Positions 9,632-17,747 of a stretch of 64,000 nucleotides of DNA are shown here, in pieces (the first letter of the stretch is position 1; each line of letters begins with the position of its first letter). The notes under the pieces were generated by a model. It ran no database searches, had not been told where the DNA came from, and worked only from the letters and a program-made list of their open reading frames with translations. This DNA comes from Candidatus Promineifilaceae bacterium (lineage in GTDB: Bacteria; Chloroflexota; Anaerolineae; Promineifilales; Promineifilaceae). The stretch lies in contig JBGTCV010000089.1 of assembly GCA_041748655.1 (NCBI GenBank), positions 7,987-71,986 of the forward strand, in the 5' to 3' direction. Made by a program: the position numbers and the translations under genes.

Positions 9632-11727
9632 AACGCCAATAAATCCTCAATTTTTTGCCGAATTAAATCGACCGTCGGCACAACGCCCTCCATAAGCGAG
9701 GTGCTAAACGGCACGGGCGCAGCGGGAGCCGTCACTCGTTCCACCGGCGCGTCCAAATCCAGAAAGGCTTCGGCGACAACCGTGGCGGCGATTTCTGCGC
9801 CAAAGCCGCCCAGGCCAATATCCTCATGCACAATCAGGCAGCGGGACGTTTTTTGCACGGAGTTGAGCACCATCTCCACATCCCAGGGCACCAGCGTGCG
9901 CAAATCGATAATCTCGATGCTGGCATCTACGCCCTGCACCGCCTGCTCGCACCGCTCCACCATCGCCCCCCAGGTAACAATGGTTAAATCGCTGCCCGTG
10001 GTGATTTGTTTAGCCTGGCCAAAGGGGAGCAGGTAGTCGTCGCCGGGATACGGCCGTCTCGCCCAACCCGCATCCAACATGGCCCGATGCTCAAAAAAGA
10101 TGACGGGATCGTTGCCGCGCATGGCAGTACGCAGCAGGCCCACCGTGTCTTCCGCGTTGGAGGGAACCGCCAGCAGCCAGCCGGGCTGGTGGGCAAAAAT
10201 CACCTCACTGGTGACACTGTGCCACGGATCGCCAATCTTGCGATAGCCGCCGGGGATACGGACGATGATCGGGGCAGCAAAACGGCCGTTTGTCCGCCAG
10301 CGCACCGTGCCGCAATTATTGATCTGCTCCGTCGCCGGATCGGCATATTTGCGGAACTGGATTTCCGGCACGGGCACCAACCCCGCATACGCCAGCCCCA
10401 CCGAGCGGCCGATGATGCCCTCTTCGTTCAGGCTGGTATCGAAGACGCGGTCATCGCCGTACTTGGTTTGCAGGCCCAGCGTAGCGGCATGGACGCCCCC
10501 TTTCAGCCCCACGTCCTCGCCAAAGACCAGCAGGCGCGGGTTCAGCGCCAACTCCACGTCCAGCGTGCGCCGGATGGCTTCGATCATGTTGATGCGGCGT
10601 GGATCGGGGGGTTCCGCAACGGCCGTTCCCCCCGGCAGCTCTATCCCCTCAGCCACCAGACCGCCCACTTCCTGCGGCCGTTCCGGGTCGGAAAAGACAT
10701 ATTTTGTCACCGTGGCCGGATCGCCCTGCGGCTGGCGCAGCGCTTCGTCCCGCGCCTTCATCACGTCCCGCTTCGCCTGGTTACGCAAATTTTCCCACTC
10801 ATTTTCGCGCATCAGGGCAGGCACCAGATAGTCGTGCAGTCTGGTGATGGGGTCCTGCTTCCACTCGTCCGCCAGCTCTTTTTCGCCCTTGTACGCCTGG
10901 TTATCGACGCTGGAATGGCCAGAGAGCCGGGGCATCGTCAGGCGCAGCAGGCCGGGTCCATTGCCAGCGCGCAGTTCACGAACGGCCGTATGCACCAGTT
11001 CGGCCGTTTCTGCGGGGTTCGTGCCGCTGCCGTCCCAAATGGCCAGGTTTTTGAACGAGGCGAGATTGGCGGCGATATTGCTGCCCGGCGTTTGGGCTGG
11101 CCCTTTCACCGAAATGGCGTAGCCGTTGTCCTCGATGACAAACAGCAGGGGCAGCTCCAGCGTGGTGGCAATCGTCAGCGCACTCCAAAAGCCGTTGGTG
11201 GCCACAGAGCCATCGCCGCCAAACACCACCGAGATGCTGTCATCGACAGCGGCCGTTTTTAACGTCTCTTTGTGGTAGCGGATTCCCTGGGCCCAGCCCA
11301 CCGCCGGGGTGTACTGCGACCCCACATCGCCGGCCATCGGCAGCACCAGGGCCCGCTTGCGCCGGGGCAGATGGAACACCACGCCCACGTCTCGCCCGCC
11401 GCTCAGGCTGCCCGTGCGGGCCATGTCGGAGGCCAGCGCTTCCACCAACGTCAGACCAGAACCGAGCATAAACGGCCGTGAGCGGTAGTAGGCGCTGGCG
11501 GCGTCATACGGCCGATCCAGCAGCTGGCTAATGAGCAGCTGCCCCAGCTCATGCCCCCGCGCCGAAAATTGGTAAGTGACGAGGCCTTGCGGGGTGAGTT
11601 CGTTTTCTTCCAGTTCGTCCAAAATGCGGGAGGCCAATGCCAGCCGGGCGACTTCGTGCCAATCAAATGCGGGGTGCAGCTTGTTCAAGTGAGGTCTCTC
11701 CTGATTGAATCGTGAAAAGCGGAACAC
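9628..11727 (-). CDS. Fused 2-oxoacid dehydrogenase E1 component (alpha and beta subunits in one polypeptide, TPP-dependent)
   Basis: The N-terminal half resembles E1-alpha (TPP-binding GDG...N region). The C-terminal half has transketolase-like pyrimidine-binding and C-terminal domains (FGEDVGLKGGV, IIVRIPGG). 699 aa. Confidence 0.75.
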   Translation of the reverse strand: MFRFSRFNQERPHLNKLHPAFDWHEVARLALASRILDELEENELTPQGLVTYQFSARGHELGQLLISQLLDRPYDAASAYYRSRPFMLGSGLTLVEALASDMARTGSLSGGRDVGVVFHLPRRKRALVLPMAGDVGSQYTPAVGWAQGIRYHKETLKTAAVDDSISVVFGGDGSVATNGFWSALTIATTLELPLLFVIEDNGYAISVKGPAQTPGSNIAANLASFKNLAIWDGSGTNPAETAELVHTAVRELRAGNGPGLLRLTMPRLSGHSSVDNQAYKGEKELADEWKQDPITRLHDYLVPALMRENEWENLRNQAKRDVMKARDEALRQPQGDPATVTKYVFSDPERPQEVGGLVAEGIELPGGTAVAEPPDPRRINMIEAIRRTLDVELALNPRLLVFGEDVGLKGGVHAATLGLQTKYGDDRVFDTSLNEEGIIGRSVGLAYAGLVPVPEIQFRKYADPATEQINNCGTVRWRTNGRFAAPIIVRIPGGYRKIGDPWHSVTSEVIFAHQPGWLLAVPSNAEDTVGLLRTAMRGNDPVIFFEHRAMLDAGWARRPYPGDDYLLPFGQAKQITTGSDLTIVTWGAMVERCEQAVQGVDASIEIIDLRTLVPWDVEMVLNSVQKTSRCLIVHEDIGLGGFGAEIAATVVAEAFLDLDAPVERVTAPAAPVPFSTSLMEGVVPTVDLIRQKIEDLLAF

Positions 11728-11865
11728 AGGGGGGCACAGAGCTGCACAAAGAATCTCTGTGTAACTCCGTTTAGCTCTGCGAAACTCTGTGTTCCTAAAA
11801 ATCGTTCAACTATCGTTGTTAATGGGTTGCGGGGAATGTTACAACAAAAACGGCCGTTTCTAAAA

Positions 11866-12273
11866 TCAAGGTTGGTGCGTGGGGATGACGGCCGTTCCCC
11901 TTTCCAACTGTTCCTGATCCAAAGATACTAACTCCGCGCCCAACTGTTCAGCGACGGCGACGTAAAGCGCGTCACAACCCCGCAGCCGATGCCTGGCGGC
12001 AATTTCCGCCGCCCGAACGCCGAGAAAATCATCCACAAGAACCAACTCAATCACGCCTAACGCCTGTATCTGGGCCAGAACATCTTCGGCCAGTTGCGTA
12101 TCACCGGTTGACCGGCTAATCGCGCCCACTACTTCTGCCAAAAATGGCAGTGGCGCTGCCAAAGGCGTGCCGCTGGCCAAAGCATCGTTGTACCATTTCT
12201 GGCTGGCCGCATGATTTGGCTCTTCTTTTTTCAACATGGCCACGTACACAGATGCATCCAAAACAACGGTCAT
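11866..12273 (-). CDS. vapC: PIN-domain toxin VapC
   Basis: MTVVLDASVYVAML N-terminus with the conserved Asp. 135 aa. There is a 4-bp ATGA overlap with the upstream antitoxin gene. Confidence 0.8.
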   Translation of the reverse strand: MTVVLDASVYVAMLKKEEPNHAASQKWYNDALASGTPLAAPLPFLAEVVGAISRSTGDTQLAEDVLAQIQALGVIELVLVDDFLGVRAAEIAARHRLRGCDALYVAVAEQLGAELVSLDQEQLERGTAVIPTHQP

Positions 12274-12545
12274 AAATCACGCCTCTGCTCTTGAACGGCT
12301 TCGACCGCAGAAAGCGGCGACTGCCACGCTTTGGAAACCCGCTCCGCCATTTTGTTTAATTCGCTCATTAGATGATTGATTTCTGATTCGTCGTATTTGC
12401 GGGGTTGTTCTTCGGCTAACGGCCGTAACACCGCCACCGGCTCGCCATGCAGCGTCACCACGTACTCAGCCCCCTCTTCCCGCACCGCCCGCACAATCTT
12501 CGAGGCATTATTCCTCAATTCCCGAATCCCGATTTTTTTTGCCAT
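12270..12545 (-). CDS. Phd/YefM family antitoxin
   Basis: MAKKIGIRELRNNASKIVRAV...EYVVTLHGEPVAVLRPL matches the Phd/YefM fold signature. Confidence 0.75.
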   Translation of the reverse strand: MAKKIGIRELRNNASKIVRAVREEGAEYVVTLHGEPVAVLRPLAEEQPRKYDESEINHLMSELNKMAERVSKAWQSPLSAVEAVQEQRRDL

Positions 12546-12779
12546 TTCGCCTCCAGAGCAGACCCCAAGGGTTTGCTATCGTTAATTGTGCCTGCTTAAA
12601 GAAAACCCTTGGGGTCTTCACAACTAGCAAAATTGTAGCTACATGTAGCCACAAGTCAATCCCCCTGCCACACAAACCGGGGCATTTCAGTAGTCCAATT
12701 TTAGGACGCGGACCAGCGCAGATGACGCGGAAGGTTGCTTATTATCTGCGCTCGTCCGCGTTCATCCGCGTCCTATTGG

Positions 12780-15578
12780 CTAATCATGTGGACTTTTTGA
12801 AAAACCCTGCCCCACAAACCAACGACGCACCAACTCAATTTGAAAGCGCAAGCCGTCGCCGTGTGGCTCGATGAGTTCGCGCTGCTGGAGTTGGGTGATG
12901 GTTTGGTTGAACACGGCCGTTTCCACCCCACCCATCTCCCTCTCCAACTCGCTGCGCGAAACCGCCTGCTTTTCGCCAGCCTTGGCCAGCAAGTGCAGCA
13001 CCTCCCCCCCTACCCCGTCCGCCTGGTTGCGCATGTCGGCGAAGAAAAAGCTGCCGTGCATGAGCGCTTCGGGTACGGCCGTCTCCACATCCGCCACCGT
13101 GGCCAAGCGACGCTGCGCCGGGGGCTGTTCGTTTTTCAGGGCCACAATCTCGGCGCAAAGGAGCTGCACCAGAAACGGATGCCCCCGCGTCAGGTCCAGC
13201 ACCCGCTGGCTGGCGGCCGGTTCGTAGCGCAGGGCAAAGTTCTGCACCGGCGCTTCCACCAGCTGCCGCGTCTCGTCCGGGTGCAAAGTGCCGATGTGTA
13301 CCACCTGCACGTTGATCAGGTAGCTGGACCAGCGCGAAAATTCGGCCAGCGTGTGCGAGCCGGAAAGCAGCACCTTAAATTGGGGCCGGTGCTGGATCAG
13401 ATGGCGCAGCATCCCCAGCACAATTTCCTCATCAAAACGGTGCAAGGACAGCACCCGCTCCAGCGCCTCAAATTCGTCCAGCATCAGCAGCGCGGTTTGG
13501 CCACCCAGCGCCGCCTCCACCCCGTCCAGCCATTCGTCAAAGCGGGTGAACGGGTCGTCGTGCAGCTGCTCACGGCTGAGCGGCGGCAGCGCCACGCCCC
13601 GCTGCCGTTTGGCCGACTGCACCATGCTGCGGGCCACGTTGTACAAAAAGCCCGCCTCATCCTGCGCCCGCGAAGCCGGGCCCTGCAAATCGACAAACAG
13701 CGGCACGATACTGCTGGGCAGCAGCCGCCCCAAATTATTGAGCAGCGACGTTTTGCCCACACGCCGCTGGCCGTAGAGCAGCAGCGGCGGCTGGCGGCGG
13801 TCGAGCAGCAGCTGCTCAATCCGGCTGCTCACGTCCTGCCGCCCGATGAAAATCGCCTGCTCCGCCGTCAGCGGCACGCCGATGATGTATGGGCTGTCGA
13901 TCTCCTGGCGCAGTTCGGCTTCCTCGGCCAATCGCGCCCCCTTTTCGCCGATGATCTGCCGCCAGCTGGCTGCAATCGGGCGGAAGCGGGCGGCGTATGG
14001 CTCATTGCTGCGCGTTAATTCCCGAAGGAGCCCATCCAGCCGGTCCTCGACGGCGTGCAGGGCGAGGCGCCGGTTGTAGGCGCTCTCCTGCTGCAAGGCG
14101 GCGGCCACGTCGCTGCTGAGGCGGCTGAAGCTGCGCAGCAGGGCGCTGGCCGGGCCAACCAGATCCCCCGCCGCCAAACCGGGATGCACTTCGGCGATCT
14201 GAACAGCCGTTTTACACCGTTCCAACTGCCGCGCATCCAGCTCAATCTGGGCCGCCTGGGCTGCCCAACGCTGCCGCGTACTGCTCAAATAGGCCATTGC
14301 CGTGCGCCCTTCAGCCAGATTTTTTTGGATGGTGAGCAAAATATGGGCATCTAAATTCAGCAGCGGCAGCCGCTGAAACTCGTCCCAAAAGGCGGAATGC
14401 CAGCGCAGCAGCGGCCGTTTCTCTTTCTGGTCCGCCCGCTGCACATCCAGTTGGTACAAAATTCGGTTCCAGACCAGCAAAAAGGGGTAAAGCAGCACTG
14501 GCCGCCACCACGCCAGGGTCAATCCCAGCAAAATTCCGGCCAGACCAAACCACAAAAATGGCCCGTACGCCGTCCCCTCGGTGGCAAACAAAAAGAGACC
14601 CGCGCCGCTGCCCAGCGATCCGGCCAGCCCGCCCGCCCAGGTACCCGCAATCTTCTCGGCCAGGACGTAGGGCAGGGCAAAGAGTGCCGCCACAAAAGCG
14701 ATAAAGGCCAGCGCCTGGACCAGGCCACCCACGACTGCCGATGCATCGGCTTGTGTACTTGGTAACCCACCTGCCAGCCAGACGGCCGTTCCCACCAGCA
14801 ATCCCGCCAAACCACCCCGCCGCCAGCTCTGGCTGCGCCAGCCCACGGCCAGGCCAAACGGCAGCGCCGTCAGCAGCGCCGTCGCCCAGACCCCTTCCAG
14901 CAGCCGCGCCAAAAAGCCCGCCGCCAGCCCGATGAAGATGCCCACCACCATGCCGCTCACCTGCCGCAAAACGGAGACGCCGGGAACGGCCGTTTCCTGC
15001 ACCATCTCTTCCCGCGTTACCCCCACCCCCACGCCATAGGCCAACCCACCCGCCAGCCCGCTGGTCAGGCCGATCAGGCTGCTCACCACCACGTCTACCG
15101 CCAGGGGTACGCCGTTCAGCGTTAGATCGCCCGCCGCCCGCAGCAGCAGCGCCCCGCCCAACCCCAGCGTAAAACCGGTGGCCATGCCCACCGTCACGCC
15201 AATGGCCACGCTGCCCGCAATGCTGGCCGCCAGCCCCACAATCAGCCCCACGGCCACGCCCAGCATGACGCCCAGCAACAGCGTGTTAGACGGCACACCC
15301 AGCAGCCAGAGCAGCAGCCCCAGCAGCAGCCCAACCAGCAGGGGCCAGGCGAAAAAAGTCATGAGGAGGAAGCGGAGAACGGCCGTATTGCCCCACTGCT
15401 GCCGCTGCAAATCGGCCAGGCTAAAATAGGGGGAGAGGGTACTGTCGAGCCGTTTCAGGTGGTTGCGCCAGGCCGAAGGGTGAAAAAAAAGCCAAAACAG
15501 CAGCCGCACGCTGCCGGTCAGCAAATTGCCGGGCAGGGTTGGGGCGTCGGTGTAGCGGTCGCGTAAGGTATCACTCAT
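12780..15578 (-). CDS. Polytopic membrane protein fused to a coiled-coil region and a PF01637-type (archaeal-ATPase-like) P-loop NTPase domain with a C-terminal winged-helix-like tail
   Basis: The N-terminal ~400 aa are glycine-zipper-rich TM helices. The middle is Q/A/R-rich coiled coil. The motif IFIGRQDVSSRIEQLL...LLLYGQRRVGKTSLLNNL is the FxGRExEL ... GxRRxGKTSLL signature of the ATPase_2 family. Walker B LLMLDEFE. Confidence 0.6.
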   Translation of the reverse strand: MSDTLRDRYTDAPTLPGNLLTGSVRLLFWLFFHPSAWRNHLKRLDSTLSPYFSLADLQRQQWGNTAVLRFLLMTFFAWPLLVGLLLGLLLWLLGVPSNTLLLGVMLGVAVGLIVGLAASIAGSVAIGVTVGMATGFTLGLGGALLLRAAGDLTLNGVPLAVDVVVSSLIGLTSGLAGGLAYGVGVGVTREEMVQETAVPGVSVLRQVSGMVVGIFIGLAAGFLARLLEGVWATALLTALPFGLAVGWRSQSWRRGGLAGLLVGTAVWLAGGLPSTQADASAVVGGLVQALAFIAFVAALFALPYVLAEKIAGTWAGGLAGSLGSGAGLFLFATEGTAYGPFLWFGLAGILLGLTLAWWRPVLLYPFLLVWNRILYQLDVQRADQKEKRPLLRWHSAFWDEFQRLPLLNLDAHILLTIQKNLAEGRTAMAYLSSTRQRWAAQAAQIELDARQLERCKTAVQIAEVHPGLAAGDLVGPASALLRSFSRLSSDVAAALQQESAYNRRLALHAVEDRLDGLLRELTRSNEPYAARFRPIAASWRQIIGEKGARLAEEAELRQEIDSPYIIGVPLTAEQAIFIGRQDVSSRIEQLLLDRRQPPLLLYGQRRVGKTSLLNNLGRLLPSSIVPLFVDLQGPASRAQDEAGFLYNVARSMVQSAKRQRGVALPPLSREQLHDDPFTRFDEWLDGVEAALGGQTALLMLDEFEALERVLSLHRFDEEIVLGMLRHLIQHRPQFKVLLSGSHTLAEFSRWSSYLINVQVVHIGTLHPDETRQLVEAPVQNFALRYEPAASQRVLDLTRGHPFLVQLLCAEIVALKNEQPPAQRRLATVADVETAVPEALMHGSFFFADMRNQADGVGGEVLHLLAKAGEKQAVSRSELEREMGGVETAVFNQTITQLQQRELIEPHGDGLRFQIELVRRWFVGQGFSKSPHD

Positions 15579-15588
15579 TTCGGTTATC

Positions 15589-15652
15589 GGTAGGTCAGTA
15601 TTCAGTAGGTCAGTATTCAGTAGGTCAGTATTCAGTGGGTCAGTATTCAGTA
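15589..15652. repeat. 4.3 tandem copies of a 15-mer (plus-strand GTAGGTCAGTATTCA) starting 11 bp upstream of the membrane-ATPase start codon
   Basis: Perfect 15-nt periodicity; one copy has a single A to G change. Confidence 0.85.
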
Positions 15653-15838
15653 GAATGGCAGCTTCTTGGAAAAGTCTGTTTTCTTTTTAATGGGACACAG
15701 ATGGTTCGGCTGCGCTCACCACAAGCTTTCACAGATGAACACAGATTTTACTCAATTTTAGGTCAAATCTGTGTCCATCTGTGTGCGCAACTTGCGCCCA
15801 TCTGTGTCCAATTTTTCTTTCTCCGACAGGCCGCTAAC

Positions 15839-15890
15839 ACTGATAACTGATTACTGACCACTGATTACTGCTCACTGATTACTACTCACC
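15839..15890. repeat. About 3 tandem copies of a related 15-mer (CACTGATTACTGNNC) in inverse orientation to the 15589 array; overlaps the SARP gene stop
   Basis: The reverse complement CAGTAATCAGTG is close to the TCAGTATTCAGTAG unit of the other array. Confidence 0.75.
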
Positions 15891-17513
15891 GGCCATCCGC
15901 CGCAGCGGTTCCAGCTGGCGCAGCGCTTCTTCGCGCCAATCATCGCCCGTCTCGCCTTCGCTGAGGCTGAGCAGCCGCTCGCGGCACAAGATTTGCAGCG
16001 GCATGGGCCAACGGCCGCTTTCCATCAAAATCCAATCCACATCCCTGGGCGCAAATTTGAGCGGTGCGGTGGCGATCAGGCTGCGTGCCCCTTCTTCGGA
16101 GAGTGGGCCGAGAACGGCCGTATAGCCAAAAATGTTAAAAAAGGGTGATCCCAATCCCTGATGCTGGGCCAGTACGTCCGGCGGCTGGGCGCTGGAAAGC
16201 ACAAAACCGAGATTGCCGTCCACCTGATTGGTTGCCAGGGAGCGCAAACTTTCCCAAAAGGCATCATCCAGCTCCGGGTAGCGGGTTAGGGCCACCCCAA
16301 TTTCGTCGAACAAAATAACGGTGGGCTGGTTGAGCTGCTCGCTCACCACGTCCATAAAATTTTCCAAATCGCACGATTCAGGCACATCCAATTCCATTTC
16401 GGTCAGCAGCGTGCGCAGCAGCGTCTCCTGCCGCCCCAGCCGCGCATCCTGGAAATCCACAAAAATCCAGCGGGTGCCGCTCGCCTGCGGCAGCCAATCG
16501 GCCAGCCGCAAATAATGCAGCAGCGATGTCTTGCCGCTGCGGCGCGGCCCGATGATCGCCGCGTTTTGCAGCGGGCGCTGCCGCAGCATCAGCCCCAGCC
16601 GCTTCAGCTCCCGCTCCCGGCCAAAAAATTGCGCCGGATTGGTGATGGGCGGCCCAGCGATAAAGGGTGATTTGGTGACAGGGTGACGGCGTTCTGCGAA
16701 CGCTTGTGGCATGGTAACATTTTGTCCGGTCACCTTGTCAAATTCCCCACTGCGGATTTGCTGGTGGAGGACGGCCGTTTCCGCCGAAACCGCCACCCCC
16801 AGCTCAGCAGCCAGCAGCTGCTGGCACTGCTCAAACTGGTGCAGCGCGGCCGGGCGCTGGCCAGAAAGGGCCAACAGCTGCATCAGCAGGCGGTGGCTCG
16901 CCTCGCGGGTTGGTTCCAGAATGAGCAGCTGGCGGGCGGCGGCCACCCCCTCGTCGTACCGGCTTTGCTGCCGCAGCTGGCTGGCCCAGGCGTCGTGGGC
17001 GATAACGGCCTGGTTGTGGAACCAGCCGCGCTGTTCTTGCAGCCAGTTGTCGAATTCTGGAGCCTGCCGGATGTAAAACTCCTGCAAAAATTCACCGCGA
17101 TAGAGCTGAACGGCCGTTTGCCAGCCCCCGCGCTCTTTTTCGCCAATGTGAATGGTTTGTTGGAAAACGGCCGTGTCCAGCCAAACGGCCGCATCCGGGT
17201 TCAACCCCACGGTTTGATGGCTGATTTGCAGGTACGGCGCCAGCAGCTGGCGCAGCCTGAGGATGACGCCGCGCAGGTTGCGCCGGGCGTCGGACTCGGG
17301 CAGTTCGCCCCAGAGCAGGTTGGCTAAGGTGTGGCGGGAATGGGAACGGCCTGCACTGAGCGGCTCAACGGAGTTGAGCCTGCCGAAGTGGCCGCTCACC
17401 GCCAGGTAACACAACAGCGCCTGCGCCTTGCCCGAATCCAGCCCGATCAACGGTTCATCATCGATTGTGATCTGTAATGGCCCCAGCAGAGCCAGTTTCA
17501 GTACTTTTGTCAT
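15882..17513 (-). CDS. SARP (AfsR/DnrI/RedD)-family transcriptional regulator fused to a PF01637-type P-loop NTPase domain
   Basis: The N-terminal LALLGPLQITIDDEPL OmpR-type winged helix is followed by a BTAD-like helical region. Then FFGRERELKRLGLMLRQRPLQNAAIIGPRRSGKTSLLHYL (ATPase_2 signature) and Walker B ILFDEIG. Confidence 0.8.
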   Translation of the reverse strand: MTKVLKLALLGPLQITIDDEPLIGLDSGKAQALLCYLAVSGHFGRLNSVEPLSAGRSHSRHTLANLLWGELPESDARRNLRGVILRLRQLLAPYLQISHQTVGLNPDAAVWLDTAVFQQTIHIGEKERGGWQTAVQLYRGEFLQEFYIRQAPEFDNWLQEQRGWFHNQAVIAHDAWASQLRQQSRYDEGVAAARQLLILEPTREASHRLLMQLLALSGQRPAALHQFEQCQQLLAAELGVAVSAETAVLHQQIRSGEFDKVTGQNVTMPQAFAERRHPVTKSPFIAGPPITNPAQFFGRERELKRLGLMLRQRPLQNAAIIGPRRSGKTSLLHYLRLADWLPQASGTRWIFVDFQDARLGRQETLLRTLLTEMELDVPESCDLENFMDVVSEQLNQPTVILFDEIGVALTRYPELDDAFWESLRSLATNQVDGNLGFVLSSAQPPDVLAQHQGLGSPFFNIFGYTAVLGPLSEEGARSLIATAPLKFAPRDVDWILMESGRWPMPLQILCRERLLSLSEGETGDDWREEALRQLEPLRRMAGE

Positions 17514-17537
17514 GCGAATTGCGGGAAAAAACAGTCA

Positions 17538-17559
17538 GGATCAACGCTGGATCAACGCT
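17538..17559. promoter_or_regulatory. Tandem 11-bp direct repeat GGATCAACGCT x2, 25-45 bp upstream of the SARP start codon (divergent region shared with the TadE-like gene)
   Basis: Exact 11-bp period direct repeat, the spacing typical of SARP/OmpR-type binding sites. Confidence 0.35.
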
Positions 17560-17747
17560 AAAATGACAGCCCTTTGTTAATCTATACCCAGTGACTTAAT
17601 AAATTGCGCTTATTCCCTATGAAGGCAAAACGAAACGCACCCATAAAACCGTGCGTTTTGCTACCCTCACACGTCAATCCAGTATACCGGAAACAGCAGC
17701 TTGATGGAACTGATGGCCAACCAACAGATGCAAAGTGAACTGAAATC

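Noticed and set aside
10006-11262. 418-aa plus-strand ORF (Arg/His/Pro-rich)
   Set aside because: Antisense to the conserved E1 dehydrogenase gene. Its low-complexity composition is typical of spurious frames in high-GC DNA.
12840-14018. 392-aa plus-strand ORF
   Set aside because: Antisense to the ATPase_2-domain gene whose P-loop and Walker B motifs are clear on the minus strand.
15589-15652. Tandem 15-mer array considered as a CRISPR array
   Set aside because: The repeats are directly adjacent with no unique spacers and there are only about 4 units. Not CRISPR; treated as a regulatory or microsatellite-like tandem repeat.
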